A DNA stretch of 64,000 nt from Blastocatellia bacterium (GCA_031409955.1 JANNYF010000338.1:592-64591); one strand, 5' to 3'; shown: positions 41,337 through 51,409, counted from the stretch's first letter. The notes: generated by a model not told the origin, from the letters alone. Translations and numbers: made by a program.

Positions 41337-42563
41337 ATGACCATCCATTTTGCCCTGATTATTTTTGCCGCTGATGCACACACAAAATTACTCTTCACGC
41401 TCTTCGTGATGTTTGTCGCGGCAAAGCTCTTCGCCGAAATCTTCGAGCGATGGGGGCAGCCTGCCATAGCTGGAGAAATCCTGGCTGGCGTCATCATCGG
41501 CCCCAGCGTATTGAATTGGGTGCAGCCGAGCGAATTGACTTCGACGTTGTCCGAAATCGGCGTCATCTTTTTGCTGTTTTTCGTCGGGCTGCAAACCAAA
41601 CCTGCTGACATTTTTCGCGTCGGTTTTCGCGCCACGATGGTAGCGATTCTCGGCGTCATCTTTCCCTTCATTGCGGGCTACGCGCTGTTTCATTATTGGG
41701 GCAAGACGAATATTGAATCCATCTTTGTCGGCGCGGCGATGGTCGCAACTTCAGTTGGGATTACCGCGCGCGTGCTGGGGCAAATGAAAGTGCTGAGTGC
41801 GGAGACGAGTCGCATCATTCTCGGCGCGGCGGTGATTGACGACATCCTTGGTTTGTTGATTCTCGCCGTTGTCAGCAGCATGGCGAAAGGCGGCGTGAAT
41901 TATGTTCACATCGGCACGACGGCGGCGTTGGCGATTGGCTTCACGGTGTTGATTGCGTTGGTCGGCGCGCGCACCGTCAATAAAATCCGGCCTCGCGTGG
42001 AGCGGTTGAAAGTCGGGCAATCGTATCTAGTCTTCGGGTTGTCGGTGTGTTTGGGCTTGGGGCTAGTTGCCAGCTACATCGGTGTGGCGGCGATCATCGG
42101 CGCGTTTTTGGCGGGGATGGCGTTTTCAGAATCTGCCGAAGGAACTGACATGCCGTTGCAAGCGGAAGCCGTGACCGAATTCCTCTTACCCTTTTTCCTC
42201 ACGAGCATTGGGATGCAATTGAACCTGAGCGCGATGGCAGATCGGAGCGTCATTACGTTGGCCATTTTGATTACGCTGTTGGCCTGTGTGACGAAGATTC
42301 TGGGGTGTGGTTTGGCCGTTATCCAAATGGGCGGCAGGAGGGCTTTGCAAGTCGGCGTCGGGATGATGCCGCGTGGCGAGGTCGGCATTGTCGTCGCGCA
42401 AATTGGCTTGGGCTTGGGAACGATTGGCGATGCGGCCTATGGTGTCGTGTTGGTGATGGCGATTGCGACCACGTTGATTGCGCCGCCGCTACTCGTGCCA
42501 TTATTCAAAGGCGAAGCGCAGGTTGATGAAGACAGTGTGGTGCCGTTGAGTCCGTTGGGATGA
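41337..42563 (+). CDS. Cation:proton antiporter (CPA2-like, Kef/NapA type)
   Basis: 12-13 transmembrane helices; N-terminal EIFERWGQPAIAGEILAGVIIGPSVL; no KTN domain. The start was set at MTIHFAL. Confidence 0.75.
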   Translation: MTIHFALIIFAADAHTKLLFTLFVMFVAAKLFAEIFERWGQPAIAGEILAGVIIGPSVLNWVQPSELTSTLSEIGVIFLLFFVGLQTKPADIFRVGFRATMVAILGVIFPFIAGYALFHYWGKTNIESIFVGAAMVATSVGITARVLGQMKVLSAETSRIILGAAVIDDILGLLILAVVSSMAKGGVNYVHIGTTAALAIGFTVLIALVGARTVNKIRPRVERLKVGQSYLVFGLSVCLGLGLVASYIGVAAIIGAFLAGMAFSESAEGTDMPLQAEAVTEFLLPFFLTSIGMQLNLSAMADRSVITLAILITLLACVTKILGCGLAVIQMGGRRALQVGVGMMPRGEVGIVVAQIGLGLGTIGDAAYGVVLVMAIATTLIAPPLLVPLFKGEAQVDEDSVVPLSPLG

Positions 42564-42646
42564 GGGGGAAATGGGGAGAAAGAGCGAGTGATCAGCGCAA
42601 CGTATGCAATGCTCCCTCCCTCTTTCCTCCCCCTCTGTTTCCCCGT

Positions 42647-43720
42647 TTACGCGATGGTAACTTCCTGCGCCAGATACACGTCCTGAATTGCCTGCAACAA
42701 TGCCGCGCCTTCGGCCATTGGGCGTTGGAAGGCTTTGCGGCCTGAAATCAAGCCTGTGCCGCCCGCGCGTTTGTTGATGATCGCGGTTTTCACGGCTTCC
42801 TTCAAATCGCTCTCGCCGCTCGATGCGCCGCCAGAGTTAATCAGCCCGGCGCGTCCCATATAACAATTCGCCAATTGATAGCGCGTCAGATCAATCGGAT
42901 GATCCGTCGTCAGTTCGGTGTAAATCCGCTTGTCGGTTTTGCCATACGCGCTTTCGCCCGTGTTCAGCGCCAAATAGCCGCCGTTATTTTCCGGCAATTT
43001 CTGTTTGATGATGTCGGCTTCGATGGTCACACCGAGGTGGTTGGCTTGCCCGGTCAAGTCGGCAGAGACGTGATAATCCTTCTCTTTCGTCTTGAACGCT
43101 TCGTTGCGCGCGTAGCACCACAGCACTGTAAACAAGCCGAGTTCGTGCGCGCGGCGAAAGGCCTGGCTGACTTCGACGATTTGGCGACGCGATTCCTGCG
43201 AGCCGAAATAAATCGTAGCGCCGATGCCCGTCGCACCCATATCGAATGCCTGCTCGACTTGCCCAAACATAATTTGGTCGAACGCGTTCGGGTACGACAT
43301 GAATTCGTTGTGGTTGAGTTTGACGATGAACGGAATCTTGTGCGCGTATTTGCGCGCGCACGATCCCAACACGCCGAGCGTTGAAGCGACCGCATTGCAA
43401 CCGCCTTCAATCGCTAATTTGACGATGTTGGCGGGATCGAAATAGATCGGGTTTTTCGCAAAGCTCGCTCCGGCGGAATGTTCGATGCCTTGGTCTACTG
43501 GCAGAATCGAAACGTAGCCGGAACCTGCGAGGCGACCGTGATTGAAGAGGTCTTGCAGGTTGCGCAGCACGACCGTCGAGCGGTCGGTATCAAGCCAGAC
43601 GCGGTCAATAAAGTCCGGGCCGGGCAGATGAATGTTTTCTTTGACGATGGTTTTGCACTGATGGGTGAGAAGCGATTCGGCTTCCGCGCCGAGTAATTGC
43701 TCAATTGCTTTGATGTCCAC
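42647..43720 (-). CDS. fbaB: Class I fructose-bisphosphate aldolase (FbaB/DhnA type)
   Basis: [16 protein letters not shown]...[10 protein letters not shown] and a Schiff-base lysine context (FIVKLNH); 357 aa. Confidence 0.75.
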   Translation of the reverse strand: MDIKAIEQLLGAEAESLLTHQCKTIVKENIHLPGPDFIDRVWLDTDRSTVVLRNLQDLFNHGRLAGSGYVSILPVDQGIEHSAGASFAKNPIYFDPANIVKLAIEGGCNAVASTLGVLGSCARKYAHKIPFIVKLNHNEFMSYPNAFDQIMFGQVEQAFDMGATGIGATIYFGSQESRRQIVEVSQAFRRAHELGLFTVLWCYARNEAFKTKEKDYHVSADLTGQANHLGVTIEADIIKQKLPENNGGYLALNTGESAYGKTDKRIYTELTTDHPIDLTRYQLANCYMGRAGLINSGGASSGESDLKEAVKTAIINKRAGGTGLISGRKAFQRPMAEGAALLQAIQDVYLAQEVTIA

Positions 43721-43839
43721 TGATTAAATCCTCCGTATAACGCAGTTAGTTTGATTGCGCGAAGCCGGAATTTTAGGGGGTGGAGGAGGCAATTGCAACT
43801 TATGCAATTGGCCGGAGCATAAACGAAATTTATAACCGG

Positions 43840-44478
43840 TTAAGTCGTCGCAAATTCCGTCACGCCTTCCATCATCTCTTCCAGTTGGTCGTCGAAGAAA
43901 TGTCCTGCGCCTTGGATTTTCACCAGACGGCAATTATTTTCAGGCGGCAGCGAGCGGAGGAGTTCTTCAATCGGGGCCAGCGGCGCGATCTCGTCGTTGG
44001 TGCCGTGAATGAAGAGCTTGGGTTTATGACAGGCCAGCAAAACCGCGCGGTCGTGCATGCGGACAGGCGCGCCAATCGCAATCAGTTTCGTCACGCGTGG
44101 GTCGGCGCATCCGACGCGCAAACCAATCGCAGAGCCGAACGAAAAGCCTGCGACAAGTACCTCGCGCGCTTCGGGATGCTTGCTGAGCAAATAGTCCAAC
44201 GCAATGCGCGCATCTTCGGCTTCACCTGCGCCGTCGTCGAAGGTGCCAGTGCTGTACCCGACGCCGCGAAAGTTGAAGCGCAGCGTTTCGTAGCCGGCTT
44301 TATGCAAGGCACGCGCGGCGCGAAAGACGACTTTGTTGTGCATGGTTCCCCCGTGCAAGGGGTGCGGATGCAAGACCAGCGCGGCACGCGTCGTGAGGTG
44401 ATTTTCAGGACGATAAATAACTTCCAGATGTCCGTGTGGTGCGGGGATGAAAAAATTACCTTTGGGATATGGATACAT
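43840..44478 (-). CDS. Alpha/beta-fold hydrolase
   Basis: A nucleophile elbow GFSFG, and KLFIHGTNDEIAP...GAGHFF (Asp/His of the triad). Confidence 0.7.
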   Translation of the reverse strand: MYPYPKGNFFIPAPHGHLEVIYRPENHLTTRAALVLHPHPLHGGTMHNKVVFRAARALHKAGYETLRFNFRGVGYSTGTFDDGAGEAEDARIALDYLLSKHPEAREVLVAGFSFGSAIGLRVGCADPRVTKLIAIGAPVRMHDRAVLLACHKPKLFIHGTNDEIAPLAPIEELLRSLPPENNCRLVKIQGAGHFFDDQLEEMMEGVTEFATT

Positions 44479-44819
44479 AAGGTCACTAGCAAAACGAAGC
44501 GGACTTAGACAGGATGAACAAGATTGATGGCAGGGTTGACAAGACGATCAGAAACAGCGACCAGCCATGAGTAGTCAATTGTATGACTTGTTAACCCTGC
44601 TCCTAAATCCTGTCAATCCTGTCTAACTATTCGACTGATCTCGTTCGCCTACCTCCGCCAAACCCACGACAAATATTGTCGGGCAGTGGGGTAATATTCG
44701 CCGCGCACGTGAAAAACTCTTTGGTTGGGGCAGGGCAAATCACATAAACTGTGGACGAGCAAAATTCAGTCTAGCCCATTTTCTTTTTGGGATAAATATA
44801 CTGATGGTGATTTAAGGCG

Positions 44820-47800
44820 ATGAACCCGAAGCAAATCGAAGAATTCTTTCACCTCACTCCTGTCCAAAAGTACGTGCTGCGTCAAAGCGAGCAATCGGCT
44901 CCGCACGCTCACCTGGCGCAATTTAGTTGTCAATTGGACGGGCCGCTGGATGTTCCAGCCTTTGAGCGTGCCTGGCAAAAAGTGACGAATCATCAACCCG
45001 GCCTGCGCACGACATTTGTCAGTGGCGACCTCAAAGAACCAGTGCAGGTCATCAATCGCAATGTGGGCGTCGAACTGGAAAAGCAGGATTGGCGCAACTT
45101 GTCGGACGGGGATCAGACGCGTCGGTTGGCCGAATTATTGCAGGCGGATCGGCTCAGCAGTTTTGTGCTGAAGACGCCGCCGCTGTGGCACATGACGCTG
45201 ATTCGACGCGACGAAGAACGGTATCACTTCGTGTGGACATATCATGAATTACTCTTTGATGAACGTTCACTGCCGCTCTTATTCAATGAGGCGTTGGAAT
45301 GTTACGGCGCAATCTTGCGCGCCCAAAAGGTTCCGTTGCCGATGCCCTCTTCCTTCCGCAAATACATGGAGTGGGTCAAGAAAAAAGATGCCGTCGCCAC
45401 CGAGCGGTTTTGGCGCACGACTCTCAAAGGGTTTCATACGCCGACGCCGATGACGCTGACCTTGCCGGAAATGACGGTGCAATTGGCAGCGGAAAAAGCC
45501 GGGACGCTGAATGCGTTGGCAGCGCAACAATACATTGCGCCGGAAGTCATGGCCTACGGCGCGTGGGCCTTGTTGCTGAGCCGTTTGAGCAGCCAAATAG
45601 ATGTTGTGTTTGGCTTCAATGTTTCCGGGCGGTCGCCGCAATTTCATGCCGCAGATCGGGTGATCGGTCACGTGCGCAACACGATTCCGCTGCGCGTGCG
45701 CATCGCCCCGGACGCGATGGCAGTAGAATGGTTGACGGACTTGCAAAAACAGTGGGAAGAACTGCAGCACTACGGGCATGCCTCGCTCGCCCAAATTCAA
45801 AGCTGGAGCGAGATCGCTGCCGCACAACCGCTCTTTGACAGCGTGGTGGTGTTCGATATGGCGGACACGGCAGCAGGCCTCAACCGCGAAGTTGCCGGGC
45901 TGCAAATTCAATACGATAGTTTGGTTTCGCCGAATCATTTTCCGCTGGCAGTGATGATTAAAGAGAACGGCGTGTGGGAACTCACGGGTGATGCCCACGT
46001 CACACAGCTTCGTTATTTGCTGGAGCAATTTGCTATCGCGCCGCAGCGCAGACTCGCTGAAATCGTGTTGCCCGCCGCGCCGGTTCCACACACGCGTGTT
46101 CCAGACGCGTCTGTTCCTCCCTCCATTCTTGCCGCTAGACGCGACACGGTTGCGCCGCCGCCCCCATTGCCGGACATGTGGTCGCAGCCGGAAGACGCAG
46201 AACAAGGTTGGGTGAGTTGGCTCAAGGACGAAACCTGCGTGCACGAATTGTTTGAGGAACGCGTGGCACAGATGCCCGACGCGCTGGCGGTGCGGTTGCA
46301 GGGACAGGCGTTGACGTATCGGGAACTGAATGCGCGGGCGAATCAATTGGCGCGCTACCTGCGCAAGCTTAATGTGGTGCCGTCCCTTCCGGTGGGTTTG
46401 TGTTTTGCGCCCTCCGTCGAAGGCTTGGTCGCTATGCTCGGCGTCCTCAAGGCCGGCGGCGCGTATTTGCCGCTTGATGCCACGGTGGTCGAACGCGAAT
46501 TGCAGCAGATCGTTACCGCATCCGCGACTTCCGTGTTGCTGACACAAGCGCGCCTGGAGCCAAAGTTCCGTGCCATCCCGGTGCATTGCATTGTGCTTTG
46601 CCTGGACACTGATTGGGCGATGATCGCGGAGGAGGAAGCGGACAATTTGGCGTGTCAGATCAGCGACGAACATCCGGCGTGTTTTTTACCAGCAGGATTG
46701 CGGGTTACTGCGGAAACGCCCGCCGTCATTACGCATGCCCGATTGGCTAAGGCTGTAGGCAGCGCGCAGGAATGGTTTCGCTTCGAGCCGAACAATCCCT
46801 GGCATCTGTTTGGCTCGCAGCTCCCCGAACACACGCGTGTGGAACAGACGCATTTGGAACAGACGCATCTGGAACAGACGCGTCTGGAACCCACGTTGCA
46901 GGTTGATGCGCTGAGCGAGATGAATAGTGGGATGGATTGGTTCGACCTGACACCCGAACCCGTGTTGGAAACTGCGCCTGAAGCCGAATTGGTGCTGAGC
47001 GCTGACCCGGACTTTGAGCTGCCAGACTTTGAGCTGCTGGACGCTAATCTGGATGCTGGGGCAAGTATGGAGCTGGACTTGGAGACAGAGTTTGAATTGG
47101 ACTTGCCACTGGAACCAGAAGCCAAAGACGCAACCGTCGCAAGCGAAGTAAATGAAGTCGAGGTACGCGAAGTCAGCGAAGTCCTCATTGAGCCATCCAC
47201 GCTTGCGCCGATCCAGCATTGGTTTTTTGCCCAGCATCCGTTGGGGCCGCAGCATTGGAACGTTTCGCTGCTGGCGGAAATCGGCGACTGCCTGGATCAG
47301 ACAATGCTCCAACAGGCCTTGCAATTGGTCGTCGCGCAGCACGAAGCTTTGCGCTGGCGCTTTGCAGAAACTGCTACGGGCTGGCGTTTGAATGAGGGCT
47401 TGGACCTTGCCGCGCTTCCGTTCGAGTACGTGGATTTTTCGGCCAAATGGGCGCGCAGCCAACGCAAAGCTCTCGAAGAGACCGCCGACAAATTGCAAAC
47501 CAGTTTGCACCTGAGCGATGGCCCGTTGTGGCGCGCCGCGTATTTCGATTTGGGCGCAGATCGTTCGCATCGGCTGCTGATCATTGCGCATCACCTGATT
47601 GCGGACGAAACGTCGCTCCGCATTTTTCTGCACGATTGGCTAACGACCTATTGGCAATTACGCCGCGATCAAACGGTCGCATTGCCACTCCCAACCGCTT
47701 CGTATCAGGCGTGGTTGCAAACGCTGGTTGCTTCGACACAGCCGGAAGAGTTAACACACTGGCAGCAGCTCAATGCCACGTCATTGCGTGCGTTGCCCAT

Positions 47801-48494
47801 AGATCATCCTGACGGCGCGAACACTTATGGGCACGTGGATCGCGTGGTGGTTTCGCTCAACACCAAAGAAACCGAAAGCCTGTTGCACCACATGCCGCAA
47901 GCAGCGGAAGCGGACGTCAACGAAATCGTGCTGACGGCGTTAACTCTGGCGCTCACCCAGTGGGCGGGCGAAAGTGCGGCTTTACTTGAATTGGAATGTA
48001 ACGCGCGGAACCTGACCGAACTGGATGCCACCCGCACGATGGGTTGGTTTGCCGCGAAGTTTCCGGTCTGGTTGGCAGTTGAAACTCCGTTCGATGTAGC
48101 CGCCGCTTTGCACGCGATCAAAGCGCAGTTACGCGCGATTCCACGCGATGGCCTCGGTTATGGTTTGTTGCGTTATTGCGACACGAAAGCCTTGCTGCGT
48201 GATTTGCCGGAGCCGAAAGTCAGTTTCAAATATCTGACTTTTCCATCGGATGAAACCGCGTGGCGAGTTGCGCCGGAATCCGTTGGCCTGGAACATCATC
48301 CGCACAATGAACGAAACATCGTCATCGCAGTAGCAGGTGCCATGAACCTGACCATGCTGGAGTTTCGGTGGGAATACGCCAGAGAACGGTTCGAGCAGAA
48401 AAATATTGGCTTGTTAGTGAATGGGTTTATCGAGGAATTACGTCGTTTGATTCACCACTATTCGCCGCATAGCGCGCGCGTCGGTGATAGATGA
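44820..48494 (+). CDS. Orphan NRPS-like protein: a condensation domain, a truncated adenylation domain (motifs A1-A2 only), a repetitive acidic linker and a second condensation domain. No thiolation domain is present.
   Basis: The first C domain carries a variant core YHELLFDERS in the HHxxxDG position. The A-domain N-terminus has LTYRELNARANQL and LKAGGAYLPLD but lacks A3-A10. A tandem peptide repeat EQTHLEQTHLEQTRLE and an acidic D/E/L-rich stretch follow. The second C domain has IIAHHLIADETS (HHxxxDE). Confidence 0.7.
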   Translation: MNPKQIEEFFHLTPVQKYVLRQSEQSAPHAHLAQFSCQLDGPLDVPAFERAWQKVTNHQPGLRTTFVSGDLKEPVQVINRNVGVELEKQDWRNLSDGDQTRRLAELLQADRLSSFVLKTPPLWHMTLIRRDEERYHFVWTYHELLFDERSLPLLFNEALECYGAILRAQKVPLPMPSSFRKYMEWVKKKDAVATERFWRTTLKGFHTPTPMTLTLPEMTVQLAAEKAGTLNALAAQQYIAPEVMAYGAWALLLSRLSSQIDVVFGFNVSGRSPQFHAADRVIGHVRNTIPLRVRIAPDAMAVEWLTDLQKQWEELQHYGHASLAQIQSWSEIAAAQPLFDSVVVFDMADTAAGLNREVAGLQIQYDSLVSPNHFPLAVMIKENGVWELTGDAHVTQLRYLLEQFAIAPQRRLAEIVLPAAPVPHTRVPDASVPPSILAARRDTVAPPPPLPDMWSQPEDAEQGWVSWLKDETCVHELFEERVAQMPDALAVRLQGQALTYRELNARANQLARYLRKLNVVPSLPVGLCFAPSVEGLVAMLGVLKAGGAYLPLDATVVERELQQIVTASATSVLLTQARLEPKFRAIPVHCIVLCLDTDWAMIAEEEADNLACQISDEHPACFLPAGLRVTAETPAVITHARLAKAVGSAQEWFRFEPNNPWHLFGSQLPEHTRVEQTHLEQTHLEQTRLEPTLQVDALSEMNSGMDWFDLTPEPVLETAPEAELVLSADPDFELPDFELLDANLDAGASMELDLETEFELDLPLEPEAKDATVASEVNEVEVREVSEVLIEPSTLAPIQHWFFAQHPLGPQHWNVSLLAEIGDCLDQTMLQQALQLVVAQHEALRWRFAETATGWRLNEGLDLAALPFEYVDFSAKWARSQRKALEETADKLQTSLHLSDGPLWRAAYFDLGADRSHRLLIIAHHLIADETSLRIFLHDWLTTYWQLRRDQTVALPLPTASYQAWLQTLVASTQPEELTHWQQLNATSLRALPIDHPDGANTYGHVDRVVVSLNTKETESLLHHMPQAAEADVNEIVLTALTLALTQWAGESAALLELECNARNLTELDATRTMGWFAAKFPVWLAVETPFDVAAALHAIKAQLRAIPRDGLGYGLLRYCDTKALLRDLPEPKVSFKYLTFPSDETAWRVAPESVGLEHHPHNERNIVIAVAGAMNLTMLEFRWEYARERFEQKNIGLLVNGFIEELRRLIHHYSPHSARVGDR

Positions 48495-48723
48495 AAATAT
48501 GGTTCTGAGGCTGGCTGACGGAGAGTATGAGGTCAAGCTCAGTGATGAGACGAAACTCCGGTATAACTTTCGATTCCGCGTCGAGCTGAAATAAGGTCTG
48601 GGTCTGGGCCGTCTTGCCTGTTCGTAGCCATCTCCAATTTTTAGTTGGGACGTTTTTTTCAAAATCTGAGTTTTTTTCATCTCTTTTTTGCACGATGAAA
48701 GGGTGGGGAGGGAGAGACGGAGA

Positions 48724-50142
48724 CTACTTTGTCACACCTTGTCTTATTTCCAGCGCATCAATTGCGATGGCAACGTTACCAATCATCTGCCCTGCGTCGG
48801 AATATTTGGTGGCGGGCAGCGCGACCGCTTCATCCAGGTGCTGCGCCTGTTGATTGAGGTAGTTATTAATTTCGGCGGTTCCCTTCGGGTGGGCGCGTAA
48901 GTTGGAAATCCGGGTACGCAAGCGCTCAACCTGTTCCAGATTTTCCTTTTGCATCTTTTGCTGCAATAGTCCACGCTCCGGCGTAAAGCGATAGTTCAAT
49001 ATAACTGCTGTGGTGCTGAGCAGCACCGCAATAATCACAAAGATCAAGGCGACTTTACGTCCGTCAAACCCGCTTGCGGCTACCGGCGTCGCGGCTTCAG
49101 GCGCGGGCAGTTCCGGCTCAGCAGATGGGCTTGAAAGTGGTTCGATTGAAGCAGGAGAAAGAGGCAGGTTGGCAATGGCTTGTCCGTCCGAAATGGAGAC
49201 AGTGTCCTGTGGAGGAGATAAGCCCACATCGTCCAACAGGAAGTCCCGCGGCGTGTCAGGCGGGCGGGCGATTAGTTCGGGTGCGACTGCCTCATCGTCT
49301 GGTGCCGCCAAATGCTCACCCGTGACCCGTGCCAACACCACCGTGATATTATCTTCGCCGCCACGTTCGTTGGCGAGTTCGATCAACTTGTCACAAGCTT
49401 CCCGCAGGTCTGCGGCTTCCGCCACGAGCGCCGCCATTTCCTCATTCATCATTTTGCCGGACAGCCCATCGCTACAGAGCAACAAAACATCGTTCGCGCG
49501 CAGCGGCAGGTAGCTGACCACTACGTCAATTTCGTGCTGCGCACCGAGCGCCTGCAAAATGTAGTTGCGGCGCGGATGCGAGGCGGCTTCTTCTTCGGTG
49601 ATTTGACCGAGGTCAATCAGTTGCTGGACGACGGATTGATCTTTGGTGATGCGCGTAATTTTGCCGTCCCGAATCAAATGCGCGCGACTGTCGCCGACCT
49701 GTGCAAAACACGCGTGATCGTTGGCCAACGCGACGGCGGTAAACGTCGCGCCCATGCCGTGATATTGCGAATTCACAATGCTTTCAATATGAATTGTCGC
49801 GTTCGATTGCTCAATCGCCACGCGCAATTGCTCTGCCAGGCTGAGCTTACTGTGCTCTTGATGCGCTTGTAATTGCGGCATCAACTCGACCACGATTTCG
49901 ACCGCCATCCGTGACGCGACTTCTCCCGCCAGTGCGCCACCCATGCCGTCGGACACCGCAAACACGGCTCCACGCGCGCCGGGGGCCAGCGTTTGCAGCC
50001 CGGTGGTTTCTCCATCAATCCCCGTCCAACTGGTTTTGCTGGCGAGATCAAGGACCAAAAAATTGTCTTCGTTACCTTGCCGCACTTGTCCGATGTGAGT
50101 CTGTGCGCAAAAGGTTAGGTGCAGGGCGGATGGAGTAGTCAT
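48724..50142 (-). CDS. PP2C-family Ser/Thr protein phosphatase with a C-terminal transmembrane anchor and an extracytoplasmic domain (PstP-like)
   Basis: GQVRQGNEDNF, AVSDGMGG, CSDGL, an NITVV motif set, a Pro/Ala-rich linker, and a transmembrane segment VALIFVIIAVLLSTTAVIL followed by a C-terminal domain of about 100 aa. Confidence 0.8.
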   Translation of the reverse strand: MTTPSALHLTFCAQTHIGQVRQGNEDNFLVLDLASKTSWTGIDGETTGLQTLAPGARGAVFAVSDGMGGALAGEVASRMAVEIVVELMPQLQAHQEHSKLSLAEQLRVAIEQSNATIHIESIVNSQYHGMGATFTAVALANDHACFAQVGDSRAHLIRDGKITRITKDQSVVQQLIDLGQITEEEAASHPRRNYILQALGAQHEIDVVVSYLPLRANDVLLLCSDGLSGKMMNEEMAALVAEAADLREACDKLIELANERGGEDNITVVLARVTGEHLAAPDDEAVAPELIARPPDTPRDFLLDDVGLSPPQDTVSISDGQAIANLPLSPASIEPLSSPSAEPELPAPEAATPVAASGFDGRKVALIFVIIAVLLSTTAVILNYRFTPERGLLQQKMQKENLEQVERLRTRISNLRAHPKGTAEINNYLNQQAQHLDEAVALPATKYSDAGQMIGNVAIAIDALEIRQGVTK

Positions 50143-50150
50143 CTTAAATA

Positions 50151-50253
50151 TTTGAGATTTGAGATTTGAGATTTGAGATTTGAGATTTGAGATCAGGGTT
50201 CGATTTGAAATGGTGCTTAGCCTTTCAAATCTTAAATCTCCAATCTCAAATCC
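50151..50253. repeat. Tandem TTTGAGAT octamer (5.5 copies) plus an inverted partner (caaatcttaaatctccaatctcaaatcc). It is hairpin-forming.
   Basis: Read directly. The unit is too short and the copies contiguous, with no CRISPR-like spacers. It sits between the cystathionine-synthase-family stop and the PP2C start. Confidence 0.7.
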
Positions 50254-51385
50254 TATTCAACGCCTGATCTACGTCTTCAATCAGGTCTTCGACATCTTCG
50301 ATGCCGACGGAAATTCGCACCAGTCCAGCGGTGATGCCGAGCTGCTCGCGCTTGGCTTCCGGCACCGACGCGTGCGTCATCGTGGCCGGATGCGAAATCA
50401 AAGTTTCCACGCCGCCGAGGCTTTCGGCCAGCGCACAAAGCTTTACGTTATCAAGAACAGCGCGTGCGCTCGCCAATGATCCTAAATCAAAAGCAATCAT
50501 TCCGCCAAAGCCTGTCATCAATTTTTTGGCGCGCTCGTGCTGCGGGTGATTGCCCAAGCCAGGATAATACACTTTTTTGACTTTCGGATGCTCAGCCAAA
50601 AAGCCCGCCATCATCCGGCCATTCGCATCGTGTTGCCGCATTCGCACCGCCAATGTTTTCGTGCCGCGCAGGATCAGAAACGAATCGAAGGGCGACAAAA
50701 TTGCGCCAACAGCATTCTGCAAAAAGCCGATGCGGTCGGCATCTTCCTGATTCGTGCTGACGACGACTCCGCCGACGCTGTCGCTGTGACCGTTCAAGTA
50801 TTTCGTCGTTGAATGCACTACGAAATCCGCGCCCCATTCAATGGGACGCAGGAAATACGGACTCATAAACGTGTTGTCCACTGCCAACCAAATGCCGCGT
50901 TCTTTCGTGAGCTGCCCAATCGCTTCAAGGTCGGCGACCTGCATCACTGGATTTGTTGGCGTTTCCAGGAAGACGAGTTTTGTTTCCGGGCGCACCGCCG
51001 CTTCAACATTGGCGATGTCACTCGTATCCACGTAACTGAAGTCCAACCCAAATGGCCGCAGCACGCGTTCGCACAAACGATATGTGCCGCCATACGTGTT
51101 GTCCGACACGATGACGTGATCGCCCGCCTTCAGCAACATCATCACCGCGTGAATTGCCGACATGCCTGAAGCAAAGCAATGCGCGTGCAAGCCGCCTTCC
51201 AGGGCCGCCAGATTTTTTTCCAGCGCCAATCGGGTCGGGTTTTGCGTGCGCGCATACTCGAAGCCTTTGTGTTGACCGAGAGCGTCTTGCACGTACGTCG
51301 AAGTCTGAAAGATAGGCGTGATGATGGCGCCCGTTGACGGGTCGGATATCTGTCCGGCGTGAATAGCTGTGGTGGAAAATCCCAT
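50246..51385 (-). CDS. PLP-dependent Cys/Met-metabolism enzyme (cystathionine gamma-synthase / beta-lyase family)
   Basis: TTAIHAG...TPIFQTSTY; a pyridoxal-lysine context STTKYLNGHSD; 379 aa. Confidence 0.85.
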   Translation of the reverse strand: MGFSTTAIHAGQISDPSTGAIITPIFQTSTYVQDALGQHKGFEYARTQNPTRLALEKNLAALEGGLHAHCFASGMSAIHAVMMLLKAGDHVIVSDNTYGGTYRLCERVLRPFGLDFSYVDTSDIANVEAAVRPETKLVFLETPTNPVMQVADLEAIGQLTKERGIWLAVDNTFMSPYFLRPIEWGADFVVHSTTKYLNGHSDSVGGVVVSTNQEDADRIGFLQNAVGAILSPFDSFLILRGTKTLAVRMRQHDANGRMMAGFLAEHPKVKKVYYPGLGNHPQHERAKKLMTGFGGMIAFDLGSLASARAVLDNVKLCALAESLGGVETLISHPATMTHASVPEAKREQLGITAGLVRISVGIEDVEDLIEDVDQALNRI

Positions 51386-51409
51386 AAAAATGAAGCAGGA
51401 TTCAGGGGC

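Noticed and set aside
50151-50200. The regularly spaced TTTGAGAT repeats, considered as a CRISPR array.
   Set aside because: The unit is only 8 bp, the copies are contiguous with no spacers, and no cas genes are nearby. It is a microsatellite or hairpin.
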